A stretch of DNA of 64,000 nucleotides from an uncultured bacterium (lineage in GTDB: Bacteria > Chloroflexota > UBA5177 > JANWHV01). The stretch lies in assembly GCA_963729625.1 (NCBI GenBank), contig CAVSOU010000010.1, positions 1,216,001 through 1,280,000 of the forward strand, given 5' to 3'. The notes beneath the pieces were generated by a model that had not been told where the DNA came from, made no database searches, and worked only from the letters and a program-made list of their open reading frames with translations. Within the stretch, counting starts at the first letter, position 1; every line of letters starts with the position of its first letter. Below are positions 29,726 through 40,760 of this stretch, piece after piece. The position numbers were made by a program, and so were the translations under genes.

Positions 29726-30856
29726 ATGGCGACCATCGTGGACGTGGCACGCAAAGCCGAAGTGTCGATACAGACCGTTGCAGTCGTGATGGAAGGTCAA
29801 CCAGGAGCCTCCAAGGCCACGCGCGAGCGCATCCGTCGCATCGTCAAGGAACTTGACTACCAGCCAAATTCCCTCGCGCGTGGCCTTCGCAGCCAGTCCA
29901 CGCGCACGATTGGCATCCTCATCCCGACACTCACCAACCCATACTGGACCGAGATCGTGCGAGGCGCCGAGGATGCGGCGCATCGCAACGGGTACGCGGT
30001 CTTCCTGGGCAACACGGAGAGTGATCCGGAGAAGCACGGCGCCTACCTGCAATCCTTACGACGCCAGCGCGTGGTGGGCATCTTCTTCTGCGACGACGTG
30101 TCGTACGTGGAAGAGGTGGAGCAGCTGCTCGCCGGCGGGGTCCACGTGGTGATCAACATGGCTGGATGGGAGCCACAAGGGAAGGCAGTCTGCCTCGCCA
30201 TCGACGACGAAGCCGCGGGCTATGCCGCGACAGCCCATCTCCTCGACCTCGGCCACCGCCGGATCGGATTCATCGGACCGTGGAACCAGGCGGGCATGAT
30301 CGTGTTCGGACACAATACAGGACTTCCCCGTTGTCACGGCTACGCGCGGGCCTTGCGAGAGCGCGGGATCGAGCCCGATTCCGCCTTGGCCGTCATGGGC
30401 CGGTACGAAGTCGCCGATGGCCAGGCCGCCGCGCTCCGGCTGATGGCAACAGCACCGCCGCCCACCGCCGTTGTGGCCGGCAACGACCTGATAGCCATTG
30501 GCGTTCTCCGAATATTGAGACGACTGGGTATGCGGGTGCCGCAGGACGTGGCCGTGGTCGGCTTTGACGACATCCCCATCGCCAGGCTTTATGAGCCGCC
30601 GCTCACGACAGTGGCACAGCCCCTGTACGAGATGGGGGCCCGCGCCACTCAGGCTATCCTCGACCGCGTGCAAGACCCTGACTTGCCTGGAGGCAAGTTC
30701 ATCTTTCCGACCACCCTGATCGTCCGGCGTTCCACGGTGGCAGGCGCCGACGATGACGTGGATGAACCCCTGCCGAGAGCAGAAGCCGACATGCACGCCC
30801 TCGGCAGGGGCTTGGGCAGCGCCCCGTACCAGTGGCAGGAGGTGCCTATGCTATAG
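29726..30856 (+). CDS. LacI family transcriptional regulator
   Basis: TIVDVARKAEVSIQTV HTH, YQPNSLARGL hinge, VPQDVAVVGFDD, PPLTTV. Confidence 0.95.
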   Translation: MATIVDVARKAEVSIQTVAVVMEGQPGASKATRERIRRIVKELDYQPNSLARGLRSQSTRTIGILIPTLTNPYWTEIVRGAEDAAHRNGYAVFLGNTESDPEKHGAYLQSLRRQRVVGIFFCDDVSYVEEVEQLLAGGVHVVINMAGWEPQGKAVCLAIDDEAAGYAATAHLLDLGHRRIGFIGPWNQAGMIVFGHNTGLPRCHGYARALRERGIEPDSALAVMGRYEVADGQAAALRLMATAPPPTAVVAGNDLIAIGVLRILRRLGMRVPQDVAVVGFDDIPIARLYEPPLTTVAQPLYEMGARATQAILDRVQDPDLPGGKFIFPTTLIVRRSTVAGADDDVDEPLPRAEADMHALGRGLGSAPYQWQEVPML

Positions 30857-30930
30857 CTTACACACTTTGCACTTCTGATTCGATTGATGCTTCTAGCAGG
30901 CTGTGCTGGCTACGAAAGAGGTATGTACTG

Positions 30931-32152
30931 ATGAAGAGGTTGAGTGCGATTTGCGCACGCTGCGTTGCGCGCGCGGCTGGCGGCGCTAGGCCGCGCTGCC
31001 GGAGTTTTCGCGCGCTGACGGCGCTCGACGGCAAAAGGAAAGTCGTCGTCGATCAGTGCTCAACAACCTGGATTTCACTGGCTCTCCATTGGCGAAGAGC
31101 TTCGTAACTACCTCTTCGACCGCAATTCATAGCTTGTTCCCGCGGCCTGACCTCTGGCGAGCTGATCGACGTGTGCTGCTGAAAGCGCAAGATATTCGGC
31201 GCTACGCGATGAGCGGTACTCTGGGGCTGACGACTGCCTCAACACTCGCAGCTCTGCCCCGGCTATGGCGCCGTTCCGCACACGGCAAGCTCTGGGGCAT
31301 ACCGCTGGGAACTCTGAGCGGAGCCAGTATGCAGACCAACGCGTACTGGCTGAACAAGATCAACATGCCCTACCCGTCAGACCTGAGCGAGATGGCGAAG
31401 GTCTCTGCAGCGCTGAAGAAATACGGCGTCAGCCTCTTCGTGCACCAGGGCGGCTACAAGTATCACTGGCAATCTGGTTCTTCATCCTGTTTGACCAGAC
31501 GTCCGGCAACAAGTCTCTGGAGTTGACCGGAAATGCTGACCGGCAAGCTCAGCTTCAACGATTCTCGGGTCGTGGACGCCTGACGCTTCTGCAGCAGTTC
31601 CAACAGGAAGGGTACTTCTCCCGGACACCGCCTCCCTGCAGTACGCGGGCGCCGAGGGGGCTGGGCCGCCAGCAAGGCGATGTACGGATGGCCGGAACTC
31701 TATGACCTCCTGCAGCGCTGAACAAGCCGCTGAAGAACCTGGTCCTGCAGATGAATCTGCTCCCCGCGTGGTCAGTGATAAGTCCGTGCAGTCGCAATAT
31801 CCCGGTGCGACGTTCCTGGGGGCATCTATGCAAGAGCTAGAACAAGGCTATGGCGGTGCACCTCTCAACGACTGTCGAGCGATCCAATCGAGCAGATCAT
31901 TCTCGGATCTGCAAGCTCGGGCACTCCAACATCCACGTCCACGGTGACCCTACGGCGATGAAGTACGGATTGAACAAGTTGCTGCTCCACCTGGTGGTAT
32001 ACCTGGATTGTCGTGGCTGCCGGAGGTCACCGCCGTGTTCCAGGATGGCATGCAGGGCATCTTCACTGGCAGCGCTACGCTGAAGCAGGTTGCTCAGAAC
32101 GCGCAGATGACTGGAAGCTAAGCTCAAGCAAGGCTGGAAGTACATCCCGTAA
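30931..32152 (+). pseudogene. Severely garbled sugar ABC substrate-binding protein
   Basis: Fragments GKLWGIPLG, WFFILFDQTSG and FQQEGYF in shifting frames; position between lacI and permeases. Confidence 0.5.
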
Positions 32153-32228
32153 ATCTGCAGCGGTGGCGATGGACTGCTCTGCTTAGCGGAGCAGTCAATC
32201 AGCCTCCCGCTCGTCCAGGAAGATTGAC

Positions 32229-33119
32229 GATGCAGAGCTGCCACATGCGGCCCGCAACTTGGCACGCGACGAGCGCGCTTGGAACGTCGTTTGGATTGCT
32301 CCGGGTCTCTGCTCTACGCTGTCTTCATCCTGGTGGCTGTGATCGTGAACTTCTGGATGAGCTTCGTCCGCTGGGATGGCATCGCGGCGCTGGTGGGAGT
32401 CGGCTTCCAAAACTTCGCGAACGTCTTTCACGACTCGCTTTGGAGCGCTATGAAGATCGGCGCTGAGTTCAGCTTCTTCTCGGTGCTGCTCAAGCTCGCA
32501 CTCTCACTGCTGCTGGCTGTGTTGCTGAACTGCGCGTGGCTCGGTTGCGGCGCGATGCGCGTGATCATCTTTCTGCTCTGCGTCATCGCGCTGGTGCTCA
32601 TCGGCATGATGTTCAACTACGTGCTGACTACAGCTAGGGGCTGGTCAACGGCATTCTCGGCGCGTCGGCTCGATGCGCTCAAACGCAACTGGCTGGCAGG
32701 CTGACACGCACTGGGCTCCATCGATGGGCGTCGACGCCTGGCGATGGACCGGCTTCCAGACTGTCATCCTGCTGGCTGGGCTGCAAAGCATCCCGCTGAT
32801 CTCTACGAAGTAGCCAAGATCGACGGCGCCAATGCCTGGACCGCGTTCTGGCGCATCACTCTGCCTCTGCTCACTCCGGTGATCATGGTCGTGGTCGTGC
32901 TCTCGGAAGGGGGCGGCTTCAATCTGTTCGATCTCCCCTACGGATGAATGCAGGCTGGCCAAACCTGGCGCACCGATAGGCAAGTCATCGAGATCTATAC
33001 TCAGGTCTTCCAGTTCAACCAGTTTGGTTACGGCGCGGCGAGGGGTCGTGTTGTTCTTCGTCATCGGGGCTCTGGTGCTGGTAACGCTCCGGTTCTTGCG
33101 CAGCGAAAGGTATTTCTAG
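32229..33119 (+). pseudogene. Sugar ABC permease (MalF-like), frameshifted
   Basis: SFVRWDG...VGFQNF, DLYEVAKIDGANAWTAFWRITLPLL, FQFNQFGYGAA. Confidence 0.75.
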
Positions 33120-33199
33120 CCGTGGAACACGACGACACCACCCGGAGCAAGAACGTGCTTCAGGCGGGCGCGACACCGTCGCAGGACGCCATTTAGGTG

Positions 33200-34053
33200 G
33201 CCACCGTTCGCTGATCGGGACGTGGCTAGTAAAGTGGCGGTGTATCTCCTGCTGTTGGCTATGACCGCCGTGATCGCATATCCCACTGGTGATGCTGCTG
33301 ATCGATCGCTCATGGCAGAGTTTGAGTTCTACACGAACCGCTTGGCCTGCCTTCGTCTGGGCGCCGGACAACTTCGGAGCGGCTAAGGACAACATTCCGT
33401 ACTTCACGCTGTTCAGCAACAGCATCATCATCACGGCCGGTACCATTCTCATCGTGCTCGCCTGCGCCAGCGCTCTCGCCTTTGCCCTCAGCAATTTCAG
33501 CTTCCGCGGCAGGAACGGCCTCTACGTGCTGATGATCCTGATGCTGGTGGTGCCGCTGCCGACGGCTTTCATCCGCAGTACATCGAGGTCGTCAAGCTCC
33601 ATCTCGATAACACGCGTATCGCGCTGATGCTGATCTATGCCGCGGGAGGCATGCCGCTCGCGGTGGTTTTGCTGCGTGCGTTCTTCGACACGATCCCGGA
33701 TGAGCTAATCGATGCTGCGCGCATCGACGGGTGCAGCCACTTTGCTCGTAACGGCGCTTGTGCTGCGATCAAGCCCGGGATCATTCCACCGCGGTGAGCA
33801 GCTGGTTTTGGCTGCCTGGAACGATTTCTTCTATCCACTGATCATCTTGCACGACCCAAACAAGTTCACGGTGGCGCTGGGCATGCAGAACTTGATCGCG
33901 AACACGCTCAACACGAGCGGCAACAGCGCGTTCAGCAGCTTTGGCGTGATGCTGGCGGCACTGACCATCGCGATCGTGCCGATAATCGTCGTCTACACGC
34001 TCATGCAGCGGCAGTTCATCAGCGGGCTGACAGCAGGTGCGCTGAAAGGCTGA
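33200..34053 (+). pseudogene. Sugar ABC permease (MalG-like), frameshifted
   Basis: FSNSIII, FSFRGRN, IPDELIDAARIDG, WNDFFYPL, QRQFISGLTAGALKG. Confidence 0.8.
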
Positions 34054-34101
34054 GGCGTCGTGATGGTCTAGAGGCAATGGCTTAGGGGGAGCACTGACCA
34101 T

Positions 34102-35361
34102 ATGAACAAGAGCAAACAGATACGCGAGACCTTTGAGAAGAACAACGGCGTGTTCCGGTTGATCCCGGTCTTTGTGCCCAGACGGTTCGGCCAGGCCGGT
34201 CGGCAGACTGCGCCTGCATCCGCACGACTACTACGCGCTGGGCACGGCGCGGGGCTCGATCAAGGAGCGCTGGTTCTCCTCGGTCATCCCGGCCATGAAC
34301 GGCGACCTGGCGGCCGCCGGACGAAGGCATGAGCTACGTCGGCCCCAACGGACAATGCAGGACGATAGATTCCTGTTCAAAGACGCGGTCGACGAACTTG
34401 GCGCGGACCTGATCGGGCCGGAACTGATGCGAGCGGTACGGCACCTGGCCGATGTATTCCAAGTTCTTCGATTACTCGACGCCGCTTGTTCCACCACCTG
34501 CATCTCACGCGACGGCGCCGCGCCCGAGTAGGGCGGCATGGGCAAGCCGGAGGCCTACTACTTCCCGCCCCAGCTGAACAACCACGCCGGCCAGTTGCCG
34601 CATCACCTACTTCGGCTACGACCCGGATGTGACAAAGGAGCAGGTGATCGAACGGCTGCTTGCCTACGAAGCCGGCGATAACCGGATCACCGAGCTCTCC
34701 CGCGCCTACCGCATCGAGCTAGGCACGGGCTGGTACACGCCGCCCGGCGTGGTGCACGCCCCGGGTCCGTAGGTCACCTACAAGCCGCAGTGGAACAGCG
34801 ACGTCAACTCCGTGCACGAGAACATCACCGCCGGCGAGGTCTACGCCTACGACTTCCTGGTCGAGAACTGTCCCGACGGACAAGAAGCGGGACATCGACT
34901 ACGTCATGAGCCTGCTCGACTGGGAGAAGAACGTCGATCCCGCACTACCGGAAGACCTATTTCCGGCCCGCCGCTGATGTGCTGCCGAACTCGGACGGGC
35001 AACACGTAGAGCGGTGGATCAGCTACGCCAACGACTATGTTGGCGCCAAGGAGCTGACGATGCGCCCAGGTCAAACGGTGACGCATCACGGACAAGGTCG
35101 GCGTTCGGCTGCATCGTCAGTACAGGGGCACGGCGCGTTCGCCGGTTATGACGCGGAAGCGGCCGGCATGCTGCGCTTCGGCCAGGCTGAGTGCGGACGA
35201 GTACTTCGTGGGCGAGAGCGCCGCGCGGGCTGGTATCACCATCACCAACAAGAGCCGGTGGGAGCCGATGGTGATTCTCAAGCATTTCGGACCGAACCAT
35301 CCGGACATGCCCCTGATGGCGCCAAACGGAGTAGAGAGTCATCGCAGCGAATGCGAGGTGA
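34102..35361 (+). pseudogene. Conserved hypothetical, probably cupin / phosphomannose-isomerase-like protein, frameshifted
   Basis: ERWFSS, KFFDY..PLFHHLH-like, KPEAYYFPPQLN and PGVVHAPG cupin-like motifs across several frames; end coordinate approximate. Confidence 0.55.
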
Positions 35362-35366
35362 GACGA

Positions 35367-36315
35367 GTGAAGACTGCAGAACTACGAGCTGAAGAACGCG
35401 AAATACGCGAGCAGTTCCTGACGGACTCAAGGATGAGCATCCGGAGAAGCTGCGGCAGCAAGCTGAACTTCTCCTGGAGCAACTGGGGCTTCGGTATGGA
35501 GACGCTGGCCGTCTCGGCGGCGCGCCTGCAGCGAGCCGGCATCGAGTTCATCGAGCTGCACGGCAACCACTATGGCCCCGACCTGGGCTACAAGGTCGAC
35601 GGAAACGCTCAAGATCCTCGCGAACCACGGCATCAAGGTGGCCGGCGTCTGCGGCATGTTCTCGGCCGACAACGACCTGTCCAGCAACCGGCCCTGGCAG
35701 CGACAGGCGGCGCTCGATTATCTCAAGCGCGAGATCGAGTTCACGGCGGCGGTCGGCGGCACATACATGCTGGTCGTGCCCGGCGCCGTGGGCAGACCGC
35801 ACGCGTATGAAGACACCGAGTTCGAGCGCAGCGTCAGACGCTGCGCATCGTCGCCGACCTGTTCGTCACGACGGCGTCAAGGCGGCGATCGAGCCGATCC
35901 GGTCGGCCGAAGTCAGCTTCGTGCACACCGTCGCCGAGGCCAATGCCTATATCGAGGCGGTCGACCATCCCGGCGTGGGCCACATCAACGGCGATGTCTA
36001 CCACATGCAGTCCGAGGAAGCGCACATCGGCGAAGCGATCCTCCGGGCCGGCGATCGGCTGATGAACCTGCACATGGCCGACAGCAACCGCTGCGCCCTG
36101 GGCGACGGCTCGCTCGACCTCGACACGCTGATCATGGCGCTCTACGTCATCGGCTACAACACGCGAGGGCCGGTACGTGACGCCCGAACCGCTGGGACCG
36201 GGCGGGGAGCCCTACCCGGCGATGAACGGCAAGCCCGACCAGCGAGCAGCTCGAGACACTCGTCATGCGACAGCGGCTCTATTTCCGCGAACGTGAGGAG
36301 GAACTGCTGCGATGA
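35367..36315 (+). pseudogene. Ketose 3-epimerase-like sugar isomerase (TIM barrel), frameshifted
   Basis: SWSNWGFG, IEPIRSAE, GDVYHMQSEE, LHMADSNR, GDGSLD (D-psicose/tagatose 3-epimerase-type motifs). Confidence 0.75.
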
Positions 36316-36711
36316 AGAAGCATGGGTTTCTGAGCGCGCCGGTGGCCGAGATCATCGCCACGATGGGGCACACCGACCGGCTGATCGTGTGTGATTCCGG
36401 CTTCCCGGTGCCGCCGGGAGTGAAGCGCATCGACCTGGCAGTGAGCGGCGAACCTTCCTGCGTTCCCCGATGTGCTGCGTATTCTGCTTGGGCGACCTCG
36501 CCGTCGAGAAATTCATCCTGGCCTCGGAGACCGAGGATGTGAGCCCGCGGCGCTACGCAGAGATCTCGCGCTCTTGCCCGGGATTCCGCATGAGACGGTC
36601 CCGCACGTCGAGTTCAAGGTGCTGGCGCGCGAAGCACGCGCGGCGATTCGCACGGGCGACATCGTGCCGTACTCGAACATCATTCTCGTGAGCGGCGTCA
36701 CCTATTCGTGA
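36312..36711 (+). pseudogene. rbsD: D-ribose pyranase (RbsD/FucU family), frameshifted
   Basis: MKKHGFL...MGHTDRLIVCDSGFP...RIDLA; VPHVEFK; IRTGDIVPYSNIILVSGV. Confidence 0.85.
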
Positions 36712-36849
36712 CGCGCGTTGCGTCCAGGAGCTGACTCGGCCGGCCCGCGGAGCGCGCGGAGCTGTGCGCGGTCGCGGGAGTCGGCGCCGGTGCCGGACGA
36801 TAAGGCGCAGCGGGGGGGTCATTCAGGATATGAAGAGGATTTGGGGTAG

Positions 36850-38970
36850 ATGAGCGACATTGTGCTGGAAAATGAAACGCTGCGACTGCGCTTTGACGAA
36901 CGAGACTGGAAGGCTGAGCGAGCTTGTCGCCCTGCGAGACAGGCTGGAGCTTGCTGGATCGGCCGGAGCTCGGGCTTTCTTTCCGCCTGCTCGTGCCGTT
37001 GCCGGGGCGCCGCAACAATCCCGTGCACGGAGATCGGCAAGCGCGTGACGTCGTATGACTGCAGGACGACGACGGGCGTGGCCTGACGCTGGTGTGGGAG
37101 GGCGTGGAGTCACTGCACGGTGGGAGGCTCGACATTCGGGTGACGGAGCACGTGCGCTTGCAGGAAAGGCAGGCAGTCTTTACGCTGACGGTCGAGAATC
37201 ACAGCCCGTACCCCGTGGAGAATGTCTACGGACCGTACCTGGGCGACGTCCGGCCCCCTTCCCGAGAAGGAGCCGTTCTCCGCCTTCACCTACAGCTACG
37301 GCACGAGCCAGGAATGGCCGATCTGGCCGACCTATGCGAACCAGTTCGGCTACTACGGCGACGACTATCCGACACAGTTCGGCTATCCGCCGGCGGGCGG
37401 CGCCCCACGGCACCGTTCATCCTCCTGCGCGATGCCCACCAGGGTCTCTACGTGGGGATCCATAAGGCAAGCGCGGAGCTGGTGTCCTGGCACACTGAGC
37501 TTCGTCCGGGCTACGGCGACGCCATGGACTCGCAGGTTCCCGATGACTCAACCATCGGAGGGACGGACGTGAGTATCCGTTTCGCGGCGGTGCATGTGCC
37601 CTACATTCTGCCGGGCGAGCGCGCACGTTGACCCCAATAGCCATCGAGCCTATCAGGGCGACTGGCAGCAAGGCGTGGACTGCTACCGGTCGTGGCGCTC
37701 AAGCTGGATGACACCCGCGGTGCCGCCGGATAGGGTGCGCGATCCGCACGCCTGGCTGCAGATCCACATGAATTCGCCGGAAGACGAGCTCCGCTTCCGC
37801 TTCACGGATCTCGTGCAGGTGGGCGAGGAATGCGCTCGCCACGGCGTGCGGGCCATCCAGCTGGTGGGCTGGAACGACGGCGGTCAGGATCAGAACAACC
37901 CCAGCCATGATCCCGACCCCGCCTCGGCACCGCGGCGGATCTGCGGGCCGGCATCGCCGCCGCCCAAGCCCTTGGCGTGAAGGTCTTGCTCTTCAGCAAG
38001 TTCACCTGGTCCGACCGCGCCACGACGCGCTACCGCGAGGATCTCCAGCGGTTGGCCATCAAGGACCCCTATGGCGACGACTACGTCTACGCGGGGTACA
38101 GGTACTTCACGGCCACGCAACTGCTGGACATCAATACCAAGCGGCTCATCCCCATGTGCTTCCTGGCCGAGGACTACCTCCAGGTGTGCGAGGATGAGTT
38201 CAAGAAGGTGCTGGCGCTTGAACCCGACGGTATCCTCTACGACGAGTGCCAGCACCACACGCCGGCCTTGCTCTGCTTCGACCCAATCATGGACATTGCA
38301 TCGGCGCCCCGTATACGCCAATGACCGCGAGCTGATCCGCCGGCTGCGCATCCTGGCTGCGAAAAGCCGTGTTGACTTCCTGTTTGCCGGCGAGGCCTGC
38401 TACGACTGGCAGTTCGAGCAGTACGACCTGGCGTACTTCCGCTCCTGGAGCCCGACGCACGTGCCGCTTTCGCGCTACATGCTGCCGCAGGCACAAATCA
38501 TGACCGCGATCACCGGGTTCGACGACCGCAACATGCTCAACCAGTGCCTGCTCTATCGGTACGTGATCAGCTACGAGCCCTACCACTTCAAAGGCCGGCT
38601 GGACGACTTCCCGTTGACGCTCGCCTACGGCAAGCAGGTCGATGCGCTGCGCGCCGCGCTGCGTGACTACCTCTGGGATGGCGAGTATCGTGGGACCGTG
38701 GGCGCCACTGTCACTGCCGCCGGCCAGCCGCACCACCCTTACGCCGTGTTTCGCCAGGATGGCCATGACGCACTCGCGGTGGTCGTGGCGAACTATGACA
38801 CGAGAGGACCAGTCTCGGTCCAGGTGCGCCTGGACAATGGCCGGCGGCTGGCACGCTATCAATTGGTGGACGATCCCGCGTGGCGTGAGTTCGACGAATG
38901 CGCGACTATCCCGGCGCATTCAGGCCGCGGCGTTCATGCCGTAGGATGGGGCTACGGCTCCTTGAAGTAG
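36850..38970 (+). pseudogene. Putative glycoside hydrolase (DUF6259-like), frameshifted
   Basis: QLVGWNDGGQDQNNPSH, DGILYDECQHH, FAGEACYD, ISYEPYHFKG in successive frames. Confidence 0.55.
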
Positions 38971-39181
38971 AGCTACCTGCTGAGAGGAATGAGTAGAATG
39001 GCGAATCTCGCGCCGTCGCCTCGGAGCACCAGCCGATCCAATAGCTCTGCTGGCCATCTAGGACAGCGGCGATAACGCGGCGACGCTCCGAGGGCGGTGT
39101 CACGCAGCACGTGCTACAGTGAAAGCGCGAACCGTCGCCGGCCCCTGCCGGCGTACGACACTGGACTGAAAGGAGAACGCC

Positions 39182-39661
39182 ATGACCCCACTTACGGAGG
39201 CACTGCTCGACCGATTGCGGTTTGTTCATGCTGAGGCGCGGACCGTCCTCGAAGCTCTGCCCGGCGACGCCCTCGACTGGGTTCCCGGGGCCGGCATGAA
39301 TTCAGTCTGTGTTACCGTCGTGCACCTCATTGGAGCTGAGCGCTTCTTGCTTGGCGACGTCGCCTGCGCCGATCCCTCGGGTCGAAATCGCGACGCAGAG
39401 TTCACGGAGAGCGGCCTCGGCGCCGAGAACCTACTCGAGCGACTCGCGCAGGCGGACACGTACGCGGAGAAGGCGCTCAGCAGCCTCGATCCCGCCCAAT
39501 TGGGGGCGACCCGGCGTCTGCCGAACCATGGTCGCGAGGTCTCTGTGGCATGGGCTGTCGCACACGCCGTGGAGCACGGCGCGCTACACGTCGGGCAGCT
39601 GCAGATGATTCGGCAGATGTGGGAGCACTCGAGAAACGCCGGCACGCCGCAGACCGCGTGA
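39182..39661 (+). CDS. DinB/YfiT family protein (copy 2)
   Basis: Paralog of 28795-29274; AAGGAG RBS. Confidence 0.88.
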   Translation: MTPLTEALLDRLRFVHAEARTVLEALPGDALDWVPGAGMNSVCVTVVHLIGAERFLLGDVACADPSGRNRDAEFTESGLGAENLLERLAQADTYAEKALSSLDPAQLGATRRLPNHGREVSVAWAVAHAVEHGALHVGQLQMIRQMWEHSRNAGTPQTA

Positions 39662-39761
39662 GCCGGAGCGCGCCTTTGTTGCCCTATTGGCGGCGCGGCG
39701 GCCATGTGAATCGACCCCCGACAGCATCGCGGGAGATCGGCACATGCTTTGCGGGTGGAAG

Positions 39762-40238
39762 CTAGCGCTTCAGGTTCGCGGCGGTAACTCCGTCGCCGCC
39801 CGCTATCCACGGCCCGTCGTCAATACTCTCAACGAGCGGGCTCTGCGCCAGGACCGCGCGTACCATGCGCCGCATCACGCCCTCGCCGACGCCGTGTATG
39901 ACCCGGACGCGCGGCAGACCGCATTGGGCGGCCAGCATTAGATAGTACTCCAGCGTAATCTTCGCATCCTCAACCCTGGTGAACGGATGCAGGTCAATCT
40001 CCTCGGCGAGCTGGCTGTCAGCGCGAGGCGCGCTGCCCGCCGCTGAAATCGTCGGCCTGGGCCGCCGCACGGCCTGAAGCGCCGACTTGTCAGCCATACC
40101 GGCCTGCCGAAGGACGAGGTCGTAATAGGCATCCACTTTCGCGTGATCATGAGCACGCAGCTCATCAACCCGTTGCCGTGTAAGCAGGGCACGGTCCGTC
40201 AGCGGCGGTTCAGATCGCTGTTTGGCACGGCTTGCCAT
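39762..40238 (-). CDS. Stand-alone Smr-domain protein
   Basis: EIDLH...EDA, VRVIHGVGEGVMRRMV, GGDGVT; GAGGG RBS. Confidence 0.8.
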   Translation of the reverse strand: MASRAKQRSEPPLTDRALLTRQRVDELRAHDHAKVDAYYDLVLRQAGMADKSALQAVRRPRPTISAAGSAPRADSQLAEEIDLHPFTRVEDAKITLEYYLMLAAQCGLPRVRVIHGVGEGVMRRMVRAVLAQSPLVESIDDGPWIAGGDGVTAANLKR

Positions 40239-40760
40239 GGTTCCCTCAAGGTTGCCGGTGGGTCCCGAGTCGCACCCGGCCGAACGTCTCGCATAATGCT
40301 CGGCATATCCAGCAGGGTAGCAGACTCCGGCCAGAGCGGGGCGGGCGCCGAGCCTATTCTCCTTCGTCCGTTGCTGGAAATCGCTCGGCTGCACCACGAT
40401 GACTGCATCGATGATAGGCTGCTTGGCACGTCTGCGGCTCCTCTGTGCGTACTCTAGGCCATCTCTGAGTCGGCTGGACCGGACTTGGGTCGGAGCCGGA
40501 CACCTGCAAAACATAGTGAGATCCGGCGCTTCGCTAAGCCGCTGCGTACTACCATGGAATTGTGGTGCAGGAGATGCGATCGATGGGATGGGTGCGCTGC
40601 TCGCGGGAGACCCTCCCGACAGGTGCCGCCGAAGCGGCGGCAGCGGCCTTCAGCTGAGGATTCGCGCGGATCCTGCCCATCGGGACAAGCAGTACACTGC
40701 GGCGCGACGCTTGCTCACGTTGCGATGATCTCCCGTTTGGCTGCAGAGAGGGGTAGTGCA

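Larger units (their letters stand above)
28668..39710 (+). repeat. Diverged direct repeat pair of about 0.6 kb (about 28668-29320 and 39055-39710), each carrying dinB
   Basis: Two 159-aa ORFs differ at 21 residues by manual alignment; upstream TGCTACAGTGAA.GCGCGAACCGTCGCCGGC is shared. Confidence 0.9.
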
